Shown here piece by piece: positions 24,599 to 36,835 of a stretch of 64,000 nt of DNA. Source of the stretch: Camelus ferus (taxonomy: Eukaryota); contig NC_045696.1 in NCBI RefSeq assembly GCF_009834535.1, forward strand, positions 96,474,001-96,538,000. Direction: 5' to 3'. Under the pieces are notes generated by a model, which was given only the letters and a program-made list of their open reading frames with translations, made no database searches and was not told where the DNA came from. How positions within the stretch are numbered: position 1 is the stretch's first letter; each line of letters opens with the position of its first letter. The position numbers and the translations under genes are program-made.

Positions 24599-25095
24599 CA
24601 ACAGACTATGGCAAAAGTGGTGGGATATCACTCCCATGATTATGTTGCCTTACATGGCAAAGGTGAAAGAATTCTGCAGATGTAATTAAGGTCCCTAATC
24701 AGTTTGGCTTACAGTTAATCAAAAATGAGATTATTCTGGGTGGGTCTGACCTAATCAAGTTAGTCCTTCCTAAAATAGCTTAGCTTTCCCCCCAAGATCA
24801 GAGACTTAAAGCAGTAGAGACTGCCCTTTTCCCATTGGTTTTAAAGAAATAGCTTCTGTAGCCACAAGGAAATGAATTCTGCCAACAACTCTATAAGCTT
24901 AGAAGAGGATCCTGAGCCTAGATGAGAACTCAGGGCCTGGCCAACACCTTGACTGCAGCCTTGTGAGACCCTGAGCAGAGGATGACCCACCAAGCCTGGA
25001 CTCCTGCCTGGCAGAAACTGGGAGATAATGAATAGGTGTTGTTTTAAGCAGCTAAGTCTGTGGTAATCTGTTATGCAGCAGTAGATAACCAATAT
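24599..25095 (+). mobile_element. MaLR LTR (MLT1-like), 3' part
   Basis: 'gcagatgtaattaaggtccctaatcag', 'ttgttttaagcagctaagtctgtggtaatctgttatgcagcagtagataaccaata' form the MLT1 end. Confidence 0.8.
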
Positions 25096-25179
25096 AGTAG
25101 AGAAGCAAAGATTCCCACCCAATCTGACTCCAGGACATGTGCTTTGAATGCTGGTTCTCAGTTTCTTTCTGGCACCAAA

Positions 25180-25942
25180 TGAGAGGTTTTTGCTACCCAC
25201 ACCAAACAATCTTCTATTTCTCTAACATCAACTAGGTGTCCTTCAATTAAACTCAGTTCTTTGCTGCCTGGAATTAGACTTCACAGGTGTAAGGGCTGTC
25301 AGTTTCACCAGACTGCTCTCACTTCAGGCACCAGTAGCAAGTATCAGGTCATCCATACTTTAGAGCCACCAGCTATAAATCGAGGGCTCCCACAACCCCC
25401 TCCACAGGTTCAGCAATTTGTTAGAATGGCTCACGGACTGAGAAAGATACTTCACTTATGCTTACCAGTTTATTATAAAGGATACAAATAGTCAGATGAA
25501 GAGGTACACAGGGCGACAGGAGGGTCCTGAGCGCAGGAGTCTCTGACCCCAGTAGAGTTGGGGTGTGCCACCCTCCTGGCACATAGACATGTTTGCCAGC
25601 TTGGAAGCTCCACAAGCGCCACTGTTTAGGGGTTTTCCTGTAGGTTTCATGACGTAGGCATGGTTGATTAATCATTGGCTACAGGTGAGTAGCTTGATCT
25701 CTAGCCTGCCTCCCTTCCCTGGAGATCAGAGGGTAGGACTGAAAGTTCTAGGCTTCTCATCAAAGGTTGGTTTTTCTGGTGACCAGCCCCCATTCTGAAG
25801 CCATCTAGGGGCCCAGCGAAGCCTCAGTAGAACAAAAGATGGTCCTATCGCCCTCATCACTCAGGAAATTTCAAGGGTTTTAGGAATTCTGTGCCAGGAG
25901 CTGGGGACAAAGATCAGATATGTATTTCCCATTATACTACAC
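25180..25942. mobile_element. LTR, MER21-like
   Basis: 'ctaggtgtccttcaattaaactcagttct', 'ggaaatttcaagggttttaggaattctgtgccagga' resemble MER21. Confidence 0.65.
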
Positions 25943-28856
25943 TGGTCTTTAAGGCCTTTCAGATGATGACTGGGGCCCACACCAGTGACCAAGTGACCAA
26001 CCAAAGACCACATGGCCAGGGACTGAGGGACTGAGTCAGGACCAACCTTTAGGACTTTTGACTTCTAGCTTATCCCTGGCCTGTGTTGCCACCCCTAAAA
26101 TACAGAAAGGCAGGAAAAGGTAAAACTTTCGGAGGAGAATTTTTAATATGTAAGAGGCAAAACACTGGTTAAAGGTTAGAAGTTTTCACATAAGAAATAT
26201 TCATTATGATTCTATGATGTAAGTCAAAGGAAATACAGAAAGTAAAGCTCAGAGAAACTAAATAACTTGTCCAAGGTGACAGCCATGGGGGAAGCCCTGG
26301 GATCTGAGCCTGGGCCTGACGCCCTCTTTCTCTTCCTTACCACACCACCAAAGAACAAAAGGGGAATATGTTAGCTATCTTCTAGTTTCCAATGGATTGG
26401 TAGAATTCTTTAAGGAAGGACTATCATCAGGAAATTTCCATCTTCACAGAAAGAAGAAGTAAAGAAAATGAATGATAATTAAAGCATAAAGGATTTAATT
26501 TAATCCTAAGGAAGAGCTTTCCAGGGGTAAGGTTAATTAAACACGAACGAGATTTGGTTTAAGAAGAAAAATCAAAAGGCTCTAAAATTCTGCTTCCAGA
26601 TTTCTGTTTGGTGTCATGTGAAAAAAGCAAGAAGAAAGGCTGGGGATAATTCTGCAAGCTGGTCAAAATGCCTGCAAGCCAAAGTTGACTCTAAGGCTCA
26701 ATTAAGTAAATGACTGTAAAGATCAGTCATAGTTTTCTGGGAAACTAGAGCAAATGGTAATAACAATAAAGGCTTGCATGTTAATTTCCAAGTTTTGAAT
26801 TCAAACTAGCTTTTCTTATTAAATCATTGGTATAATTTTTATTTTTAGTTATCAATAAAGAAAGTAAGTGGAGTCAGGCACAGGCTTTTGCACTTATGTA
26901 GTGCATTTCCTTTATAGGTAAATGATTTCAGGCTCTGCCCCGTCGCCCCCTGCCCCACTGCATGGCTGCAAAACTTCCTTCTTCCCCCATGACCCCTGCT
27001 TCGTACTTACTCTTTCCTTTTGCTGCTGCAGACCCATTGCTTCAAGAGACCCCGTGTTCAGTCCCAACTTTTTGATGCATCAGGGGTAGTCTTTGGACAG
27101 GAGTTTTAGGTGACTTCATGTGCCATAGGGTGGGAGCAAAGGTATTAAAAAGTGAAGAGTACAACCCCAGATTCTGCATTTCTGTACCCCTCCCCTGCCC
27201 TATCTCTCCAGATCTGGCCCAGGGTCCTCCAATCCCACCTTTTCTTTCCACCCTACGTCTTATATTCAGGCTCCTGCTTTTAAGTCTGTTGACAAAATGC
27301 CCAGGAGAGTGGTGGTTGCTGAATCACATTCTCAACTCCTGGTGTATTCCAGAAACCAGCCCTTTCCATTTATAGAACCCTTATCAACATCTAACTGAAA
27401 AGAGAGAGACAGTAAAGACAGCACTTTCTTTATTGAAAAGAATGGGACCATGAATTCCAACTTAGGAATAAAAGGGGTCAGAAAGGCTAGGCAAAGGATG
27501 TTCACAAACAATAATAAAATTTGGCAATATGTAGCAGAAGTTTATAAAATAACCATATCATTTGATTCTACTTTTAAGGATTAAACAAGAGAAGAAAAAA
27601 AGGTCTACATAAGTAGAGTGATACACCATTTTCATAGTTTAGAAGTCTCAATATGGGAAAGATATGACACTATCTCCATTTCACAGATGAATAAACTGAG
27701 GCACAGAGAGGTTAAATAACTTGTCCAAGGCCATACAGCTAGTAAGAGGTCAAACTATGATTCAAAACTAAAGCAGCAGGGGCCTAGAGGCGATGCTCCT
27801 TACCACTCTGTTCTCCTATGTGTCCCCTGTGCTCCCACAGCCCCATGAGCCACTGTCCCCCAGCATTTTCCGCTCCCTGTGTGTCTGTTTCCTCCACTGG
27901 AGAGAGCAGGAACTACATCTTATTCACCTTGACATCTCCAGGTGCCTGACCCACAGGAAATACTCAAAATATTTTTACTGAACCCAACAAAAGGGTGTAT
28001 TGATAAGTTGTCTGGTCGCTGGGGCATATGCTTCTACCTCTACAGAATTTTCTGTAAATCAGGACACAAACATTGCCCCAAATATACAGATTTAATAATG
28101 ATCCTTAAGATAAATAGTTTTCTTAGCTACTCCCTTTTCTTGGTTTTGGGTTGTTAAATTATTTAAATGGCAGATCCAGAATTAATTTTTTAATATGGCT
28201 TTCTACATAGGAAATTCCAAAACATTTATCACTTTTAGATTATTTGAGAGCAAAGATCAAGGAATTTTTAATTTTTTTTTCTATACTGGGGATTGGGGTG
28301 CCCCAAAATATTAAATAGTGATGCCAACATTTAAACTATAAAATTATAAAGAGGAAAGCAGAGTAAAGCTTTTTTTAAAGGAGGATTTATGGTTAGAGGA
28401 GGAAAATAAGAAAGGATTTCTTCACGCTTTTTATGTCTACAATAAAAATACTGAACTTGGTGGAAGTTTATAGGACTTGTGAACATGAAATGGTTAAACA
28501 ATCACCAAAAATAAATTTAAGAAACTGGAGGTAGAGCATTCCCAAGCTAAACTGCGGACACTTCTAAATCCACCTCTGTTTGATGTGGTGACTTGCTGTG
28601 TGTTTCAAGGTCTTCATAATAATATATATAACCAGTCCCCTCAGCCATGACCATGCTAGTCAAAATAAATCCACATAAATCTTTGCCTTGACCTCTTAGT
28701 TTTCCCAGGATTTTACAAAACTCATGATCAGAAATGTCATAGACAAAGTGACTTCCTGCTGAAGAGGTCCAATTTCACTATTCAACCAAGTCAGAGGAGA
28801 CAGGAACACTTCTACTGGTAAGCAGTAATTGTTTTTGATAAACACCATGATACCAC

Positions 28857-29279
28857 TCAGGGTTCTCCAGAGAAACAGAACCAACAGGATAGGGAGCTCT
28901 CTCTCTATATATATGTATATAAAGAGAGATTTATTTTAAGGAATTGGCCACATGACAGTAGTAGCTGGGAGGTCTGAAAAATGCAAGGCAGGCTGGCAGG
29001 CTAGAGACCCAGGGAGGAGTTAATGTTGTAGACTCGAGTCAGAAGGCTGTTTGGAGGCCAATTTCCTTTTCCTTGTGGGACCTGAGTCTTTTCTCTTAAG
29101 TTATGCAACTGATTGGATGAGGCTCACTCACATTATGAGGAATAATCTGCTCTACTCAAAATCTACTATTTAAATGTTAATCACATCTAAAAAATACTTT
29201 CACAGCAATATCTAGGCTGCTATTTGATCAAAAACTGGGTACCATAGCCTAGCAAGTTGACACATAAAATTAACCTTCA
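28857..29279. mobile_element. ERVL LTR (MLT2-like)
   Basis: Starts 'cagggttctccagagaaacagaaccaacagga' and ends 'gttgacacataaaattaaccttca'. Confidence 0.8.
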
Positions 29280-29926
29280 TAACTATCAATATTCTTTATT
29301 ATGCCAGTTAGTATGGCTACCATTCATTCAGCTAATAGGCAGAGACATACTTTTAAATTTCTCCCTGAACCAAATTAAACCAATCCCCTTTCAAATTGCA
29401 TAAGATTTCTGTGTACTGAAATCTATATCAAATATCTGTTGGCCAGTTTCTTCCTTGGCCTACATCCTACCCAACAGGAGTCAGTATTGTTTTTTGATAT
29501 CAACATAATGGCTTTCGTCCTCTGACTACGTATTTCCAAGGAGACACCACAGCATAAGGTGCTATCACATTCCACCAGCGTGGTATCTCTCATCAATTAA
29601 ATTATCCCAGTCGATTTGATACAGGTAAGTAATTGCAGTCCCTTTGTTTATAAATCTGTGTCTTTGATTAAACATTCATGGCATCTATACGGTGAAGAAA
29701 AATAGAACGTATTCCACCTCTTTTGAAAGTTTAATCATGATCCGATCACAGGGACTTACAGAGAGCCCAGAGCGGCAGCTGTGTGGTGTGATCTCCAATC
29801 TCCTCGCTGGTCAAGAGTAGGAGCTGCAGGCTTCACCTGGGCATCGGTGCCAACCATCTCACTTCACCGCAGACCCCTCTCTCCCATCTTAACAACTTCC
29901 TTCATCCAATTCCTTACATTATCTAA

Positions 29927-30040
<114 letters not shown>

Positions 30041-30276
30041 TAAGATGCTCTCATTGTCTCATTTCTCTAGAACCTGAGGGATTTCAGGTGTGGGAGTAGT
30101 CAGCTTTTACGCTGGCCGCACGAGAAGTTTCCAAGATAGATTTACATTTAAAATGCTTCAGGTATAACTATTTGCAGAAAGAGACATCCCTAGGAAGGCT
30201 GAGGCTGAGGAGGTCTGAGGATATAAGGGTTGAACAGAGTGAGTCGTTTTCTTGATGTTTTCTCTTTCATTTCCAG

Positions 30277-30304
30277 GTTGGGAGCCAATAACACAACTTC
30301 TCAG
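30277..30304 (+). CDS. MINDY4B: MINDY4B coding exon 2 (28 nt)
   Basis: ttccag|G TTG GGA GCC AAT AAC ACA ACT TCT CAG|gtaatt = (R)LGANNTTSQ; phases fit both neighbours. Confidence 0.88.
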
Positions 30305-31854
30305 GTAATTACTTTTCTCAAAGCCTGCGTGTTTTCCTCTAGCTGCTTCTTCAAACAACCACATTAAGGGCATGATCTGCATTTTTTCTGTGCACATAAT
30401 GTCACTCAGGCACCCAGCATTTAATATGTGAAAACATAAAACTAGAAAGCCTGTTGAAGATCTTTTCTTGTGCTTGCTTTCTTCATAAAAATCTCTGCCT
30501 ACTTTTAAGAGCTACTTTTCATCATTAAAAGTACCATATGGTTATTATTTTAGAAGTAAAAGTAACATGAGAATCTAGAGTCCCTACACCCCTGAGATAA
30601 CACTAGATTCTGACCTCCAAATGTTTCAATGATCCCGAGAAAAGTAGTTCTGAACAGAGATATCATCTAGATTCAGCTTCCGAAAAAATGTTTACCTTCA
30701 CCATCTTCAAATAAGGGAAAGATGACTGAATTCAAATGTTAAAAGGTATTGCAAAATCTGTCATACAACATTAAGATGAAAGGTGTTTTTCTCTCATGTA
30801 GCCTGAAAAGGTTAGAAGGTAATGGACTTTCTATTTCAGATATCAATTCAATCACTGAACAAACAGCACAAAATACTAAGGTGATTTTCCTGGTACTAAT
30901 ATATGATATGATCAAACAATTGAATTATGCATATTTTAACTATAACACTAAAGCATCTTGCTCCAAGTAACCTGTGATCAAAAGCCTTATTATTTCTGCT
31001 GAAACTCTCCTAGCCAGTCTACATTAGAATCAGGGAGATAATACTTCTATTTTAGTCCTGGAAGTATTCAGTGGACCTAGCTACCATTTAGGGGAATAGA
31101 AATAGTCAAAAGATAAAACAACCTTTGCAAGGAAAAGAATAAATGTCAAGTTATGCTTTACACAAGGTGGGGGGAACTCACTGCCACAAATGTAAAGATT
31201 TTCCACGTAAATTTACAAAACGCATCTTATCCCATCAGTAGTCTGTGACTCGGATGCTGTGTTTCTGAGATAAGAAAGCATTTTAGCCTCTATGAATACA
31301 GAACAAGAAAGAAGGCAGTTTCCTTCATGTTTCAGCTACCAATAGGGCAAGTTTGTTTCATGACATTAGGATAGAAATTAAGCAAATTGGGAGAATTGAT
31401 GCTGACTTATATTTAAATGCTGTAAGAATCAGTTAAGAAAAGTAAAAATTGATTTTCTTCTTAAAGGTAGAGGGTGGATTTTTTTTAAAGAAGAAAATTA
31501 TTATTCTCATTTGTTGGGGAACAGGAATAAGAAGGAATTAAAAAGTGGTAACCTGACTTTATCGGCCAGTTGACAAAATGAGAAATGCTTCGCATAAACT
31601 GGAAAGATTCATTCATTGTTTATAAAATGTTGTCTTCTCAAAACAAGAGACAGTGACATTTACATTCTTCTATAAACATAATTTCAAGTCAAGGTCTTGA
31701 TAGCATTAATTATGTTTCCATAGCTACAGTGAACCTCTCCGAGTCACATACCCCTTTGACACAGACCCTGGGATTCTTTTGCCTCTTTTATTGCTATTTA
31801 TGACAATTTTCAGACATCTTTAAAAGGGAGGCAACATTTTCTGAACACTGATAA

Positions 31855-32181
<327 letters not shown>

Positions 32182-33588
32182 TGAGAGTATTATGGAAGAT
32201 AAGACCACAGACGATTGTTACTGGTAAAAGGAGAATATAATTAAAATGACTTATTGATGGTATTTTTCAAGGACACGGGCGATACTACAGTCATTTCTTC
32301 CCAAACTCTGAGAGTCTCTATTTGCTTCTTCAGTTTGACAGTTAAATTTGAGAGAGAGAGGGAGTTAAATTGAAATCATTCACCATAAAAGGTCGACAGG
32401 CAGACAGGGAGTGTAAGACCAAGTAGACGTGGACACAGGACTCCATCCTGTGTGGGCGGGAGGGAGAGAGGTTGGGGGAGCTGTGCCAGGCCCAGTCCTG
32501 GGGCAAAGAGATGATCTCAAGAAAGAAATGTTTTCTGGGGCTGCCAACTAATATGCAGATTTGAAAAGAACATGATATGTGAGAATCCAAGTGGATCTGG
32601 AAGGTCCTGTTCCCAGGGCCCACTTCCTCAGTTTGAAACTTGACCTGGCCTGGGGGCAATGCCTTGGCAAACATCCAAAGGACCAGCTGTCATGGTCAAA
32701 GAGGTGGGACTGGGAACCAAGGAAGCTGAGCCAGCGAAAAAGTACCAGCTAGGCTGAGAGATCCTTACAATTGGATTGTCTTCCAACACAGCCCTTTCAA
32801 TCGTAGTGAAAAATCAGAGCTTCTCAGAACAATTTCCCCACGTTCACCCCATCCCCCCATTCTAGAGCCTTAGGCAGAGACCTCTACTCAAGGCCGTAAG
32901 AACAAAAGTTGGAAGAAGCACTTCCTTCCTGAGGACGTGCTGCCCTACTCATGGGGCTGCTTGCAGAAACCACCCAGGACCAGCCTGGGCACCTGGGCTC
33001 AGCCTGCAGTCAGGCCCGCCGGGGATGTGAAATCCTGCGGTCTGCGCCCGGCACACAGGGTCCCTGGGGAGATGAAGGGTGGGGTCTGGACCTCCTTCCG
33101 GGAAAACCTCACAGTCTCCATCTGCTTTTCTAGCTCAGAGGCCAGACTGGCTCTGACTGTGGTATTTGCAACCCTCAGTACAGCATTCTTTGGGCTCCCC
33201 AGGTGGGACTCCATCACATATAGGGATTACAGCCCTCATACTTCACGCAGAGCCTCACAGGCCTCGCGGAGCAACTCTCTCCCCGGTCACGGTTGCAATT
33301 CAGATGTGCTGGGAGGCTCACTTGCTCTTTCTCATCATCACAGAACTTTCTGCCTCAATCTACCTTCCCTCTTTTGCTCAAATGCCAGATGTTACAGGAA
33401 GACAGGTCGGCAGGGCTCTCACGAGCTGCTGCATTGTACCCTGCACGGTGCCTTAACTTGTGTCTTACATACCGTGTCATCGCTCTCCTTTTGGGTAACG
33501 GAGACAGCTAATGAATAGTCCTGTTAGAGCCTCTACTCTCAGGCTGATCTGCCTACACTGCGCTACAGAAACAGAAGTTAGGGTGACT

Positions 33589-33730
33589 ACAATCATCCCT
33601 CAATATCCACAGGGGATTGGTTTCAGGAAACCCCAGTGGAAATCAAAATCTACCAAGGCTCAATTCTCTTATATAAAATGGCCTAGTACCACCAGCCGTC
33701 CGTATCCACAGGTATAGAGGGCCAACTACA
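33589..33730. mobile_element. Short Tigger/MER2-like DNA transposon derivative
   Basis: 'tcatccctcaatatccacaggggattggtttcagga' with an inverted end 'tatagagggccaacta'. Confidence 0.6.
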
Positions 33731-35249
33731 TCTGCATTTTACCGTGCAGGATATGATTTTTAATGAACAATCTTTAGTTAAAAAGTATTACTGGTCACAA
33801 ATGAATTTCTATGGAGAATGTCATTTTAAAATATGCACATACCAGGAAATAGGCTACCTTTTTTATGAAAAATAGAGAAAACTGTGATTCCACATTGGTA
33901 CTGTATTTGCCTGTGCATGCATGCAGAAATTCCAGAAGACGTCCTAAGCTGTCACAGTGAGGGGAGGGGCAGGGGCAAGAGACCTGGGTGGGAAGGAGTC
34001 TTCTCAACATAGCTTTTTGTGCCCTTTGGATTTTGAACCATGTGAATGAACAATCTATTTTCAAAAACACCATTACACATTTTAAAAATAGGGGAGGAGA
34101 AAGCACTCACCAGTGTTTCCAAAGTCTTCTAGTTTCACTCTATATTGTGGAGGCAGGAGAGTCTGGGTCTGAATTCTCTCACTTGTCTGCAAACACAGAT
34201 GTGAGGCCACTGTTGACCACCTTAGTGACTTTCCAGGGTAATCCTCTCCCTTCGGAAAAGGCTGGAAGACAAAAGAATCAGACTTGATAGAGTGTTAAGG
34301 AAGTCCCAGAAGTAGACAGAATTGATTTTTCTTTTTAAAAAAACTAATTTGGGTGTATTCCCATTTTGAGAAAACCAGATGATAGTGTGTCTTTTAAATA
34401 GCAGTAGCATTAATTAAACACACCCTGGGATTTTAAGATGATCAGCCTTGGGATTCTGAATCCGTATGTTCAGGGAGGTGGTTTAGAAGCTTGACCAATT
34501 CTAACTGACATCTGGGCAGTGTAGCCGCCTGGAGCGATCAGATCCTAATACTCATATGAGAATGCCTTTTGTTGCATTCTACTGTTTTCATTTCCCACCT
34601 CCATTTGAGACTGGGATGCGTGGGATTTTCTGACATTGGCACACATTCTTTGCTTGAAATCTGCTGAGAAAGTAGAGGTTGGGTGAAGCACCGCATGCCG
34701 CTTTGCTCTCCCCAGCTCTCCTGTTTCTCACCTTTGGTTGCCCTATTTCTAATACCACAGCCTCCCATCTTACAGTGTGTGTGCTGTCATGAATGACGGC
34801 CAAGGCTGCCAGCCCAGGGGAGGTTGCAGAGAAGGTGAGCATCCTCCTTTGGACTCTCCCACAGCCCCACGCCCCCAGCTGCAGTTCTTCACCCCAGTGG
34901 CAATTCCCCTTCCTCCTCCACAACCAGGCCCTTCTCCAGGACCCAGCCTGGAACACATTCCTGTAGCCTCTTTTATCAGCAGCCAATAAACAAACCTCCA
35001 GTATAGTTGCAGTACAACCCAGTAGGATCACATTAGAACTGCAATACTGGGAGATCAAAGTACTCTGGGGGACACCCAGGTGAACGAAGCTCTAATAGAG
35101 GATAGCAGGCAGCGGGGTGGCTTTAAGGGAGCAGGAAGTATGGCCTGGTGCCCCCAGCGTAGGGTCTGACTGACAGATGGGCCTCGGTGGACGTTTAATT
35201 AATTAATTCATTGCCTCTGGACAATCCCCGAGAAAGGCATCTCTGTACG

Positions 35250-35670
35250 AGGTAGTGGGTATCACCCGAGTGCCCCTGCAAAAGCACTTGCTACCCTCTC
35301 CACCCAGCTTTCTGCCCGGCAGACTGACTTGTGGTCCCTCCAACAACAGGGCTCCCTCCTCTGACTCCCTGTTGTGTTTGACCAGTGGGAGCCCCGGAGG
35401 GAGACTGGAGGGAAGGAAGGGAATGAAGTCAGGTGGTGCAAAGCTGCCCGAATCGTCTCCCTGGATGGCAGTCCTCGCCCCAGGCCTCTCTCTCCTTCCC
35501 CTGGCTCCCCAGGTCCACCGGATGCTACGACTTCTCACTCTCGCTAGCCCTGGGACCCTGCAGTAGCCACATGCAGCCCATATCCTTGTAAATAGTCCCT
35601 GAATTAAACTTTCCTCCAGTGAATTATCCTGACTTGAGTGCCATCTGTTTCCTGCGGGGACCTGCTGAAT
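35250..35670 (+). mobile_element. ERVL LTR (LTR16-like)
   Basis: 3' end 'gcccatatccttgtaaatagtccctgaattaaactttcctc...tgccatctgtttcctgcggggacc'. Confidence 0.55.
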
Positions 35671-36134
35671 GGCTTGCTTTTGGGTCCCGGCACTACCATT
35701 TACTGAATACGTATCAAGTCCTTGAACTGTAAAATGAAGGGGCTGAATTAGATTTTTTTAAAATTCAACAAATACTTCTTGCAGGCCTACTGTGTATCAG
35801 ATACTGTACCAGATTCTGAGAAATCTGAACATGATCGAGCCAAGAGACGGCCGCTCTACCTGATGGGCTAGGAGAGAAATCTCTTCTCAGGCCTCACTAA
35901 TTCTCACATCTCTGATTCCATGATGGTCCAGTCATTTCTAAGCAGGAAAAGATGTGGGGAAGGAGCTTCAAAGAGAATTATTCTACCTCTGGTTGGCGGG
36001 GAGAGAGCATGTGAGAGAGGACTGGATGGGGCGGGGAGGTGCAGGGGTCACAAGGAAACTCTAAGCCCAGGGACAAGGGACAAGGCAGTCAGGGTAAGGA
36101 AATTAAACTTGCTGGGAAGAATGACCCAGGACCT

Positions 36135-36835
36135 GGGGGGAGGGTATAGCTCAGTGTGAGAGTCCATGCCTATTAGGTGGCTAGATAAGTGGGAGCACTG
36201 GGCAGATAGGTGGAAAAGAGGGAGGATGGTCTGGGAGATGACATTATACCTGCCTCCAGCACAAAGGGTCTTTACTTCTTCTAAATGAGTACCACGAAGA
36301 AACCGGTTAGAACCTGACAGCCACAACTTAACCAGACATGACCCATTGTTCATTGTATGATAATTAACATTGCAGTTTAGGTCCCCACCCAGCCATGGGT
36401 TTTTCTGCATACACCATGGGTAAGGACATGCGCAAAGGGGCCAAACATGACTAAGCATTCCAGGGACAAGAGCTGTCAATCAAAAGACCACCTCTAAGGG
36501 AGGGTGTAAGTGAAAGGGGAGACAAAAACCACCACTTTTCCTCTCTGGGATCAGCCCACCTCCTGTTCTTGGGGGTGTACTTTTCCTTTCTTTATAAATA
36601 AATACTTTAAAATCTTTTCATACACAACGTACCATGTCCCAACTGTAAACTTATTTTTCGGGTGTGACAAAAACACAGGTCTTTACCTTTTGGGGGTGAC
36701 ATGCTTAGCATGCCTGAGGTCCTTGGTTCAATCCCCCAGTACCTCCATTAAAAAAAACAAATAAACAAATAAACCTAATTACCTCCCTCTCCAAAAAATT
36801 TTTAATTAAAATTTAAAAATTAAAATTAAAAAAAA
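36135..36835 (+). mobile_element. tRNA-derived camelid SINE (Vic-1 type), split by an LTR insertion
   Basis: Head gggggagggtatagctcagtg.. (36135-36170). Body resumes tgcttagcatgcctgaggtccttggttcaatcccccagtacctcca (36702 on), then an A-rich tail. 18-bp TSD aagaatga(c/t)ccaggacct at 36117-36134 and 36836-36853. Confidence 0.9.
36171..36701 (+). mobile_element. Solo ERV LTR (531 bp) inserted in the SINE
   Basis: Starts tattagg (TG>TA), ends gggggtgaca, has an internal AATAAA near 36597, and 4-bp flanks tgcc/tgct. Confidence 0.8.

Larger units (their letters stand above)
9103..29624 (+). pseudogene. Possible decayed multi-exon gene with cadherin-repeat-like and Cys-rich remnants
   Basis: Exon-like + strand segments at about 9103-9273, 13384-13601, 14074-14352, 21296-21435, 21565-21703, 28709-28817 and 29478-29624, most with an AG acceptor and/or GT donor. 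They translate, with stops and frameshifts, to motifs such as YTFQ..FHVAKENDECPF and ELFV/AKDREPELT..IHNDNRQPDC. Pattern recognition only. Confidence 0.35.

Noticed and set aside
26600..26705. Cys/Trp-containing segment (DFCLVSCEK.../SASWSKCL)
   Set aside because: Short, needs a frameshift, and has weak splice sites
32937..33518. 193-aa ORF in MINDY4B intron 3
   Set aside because: No domain similarity, and it is not needed for the in-frame MINDY4B CDS
36135..36745. tRNA-like A/B boxes
   Set aside because: These belong to a SINE with tail and TSD, not a tRNA gene
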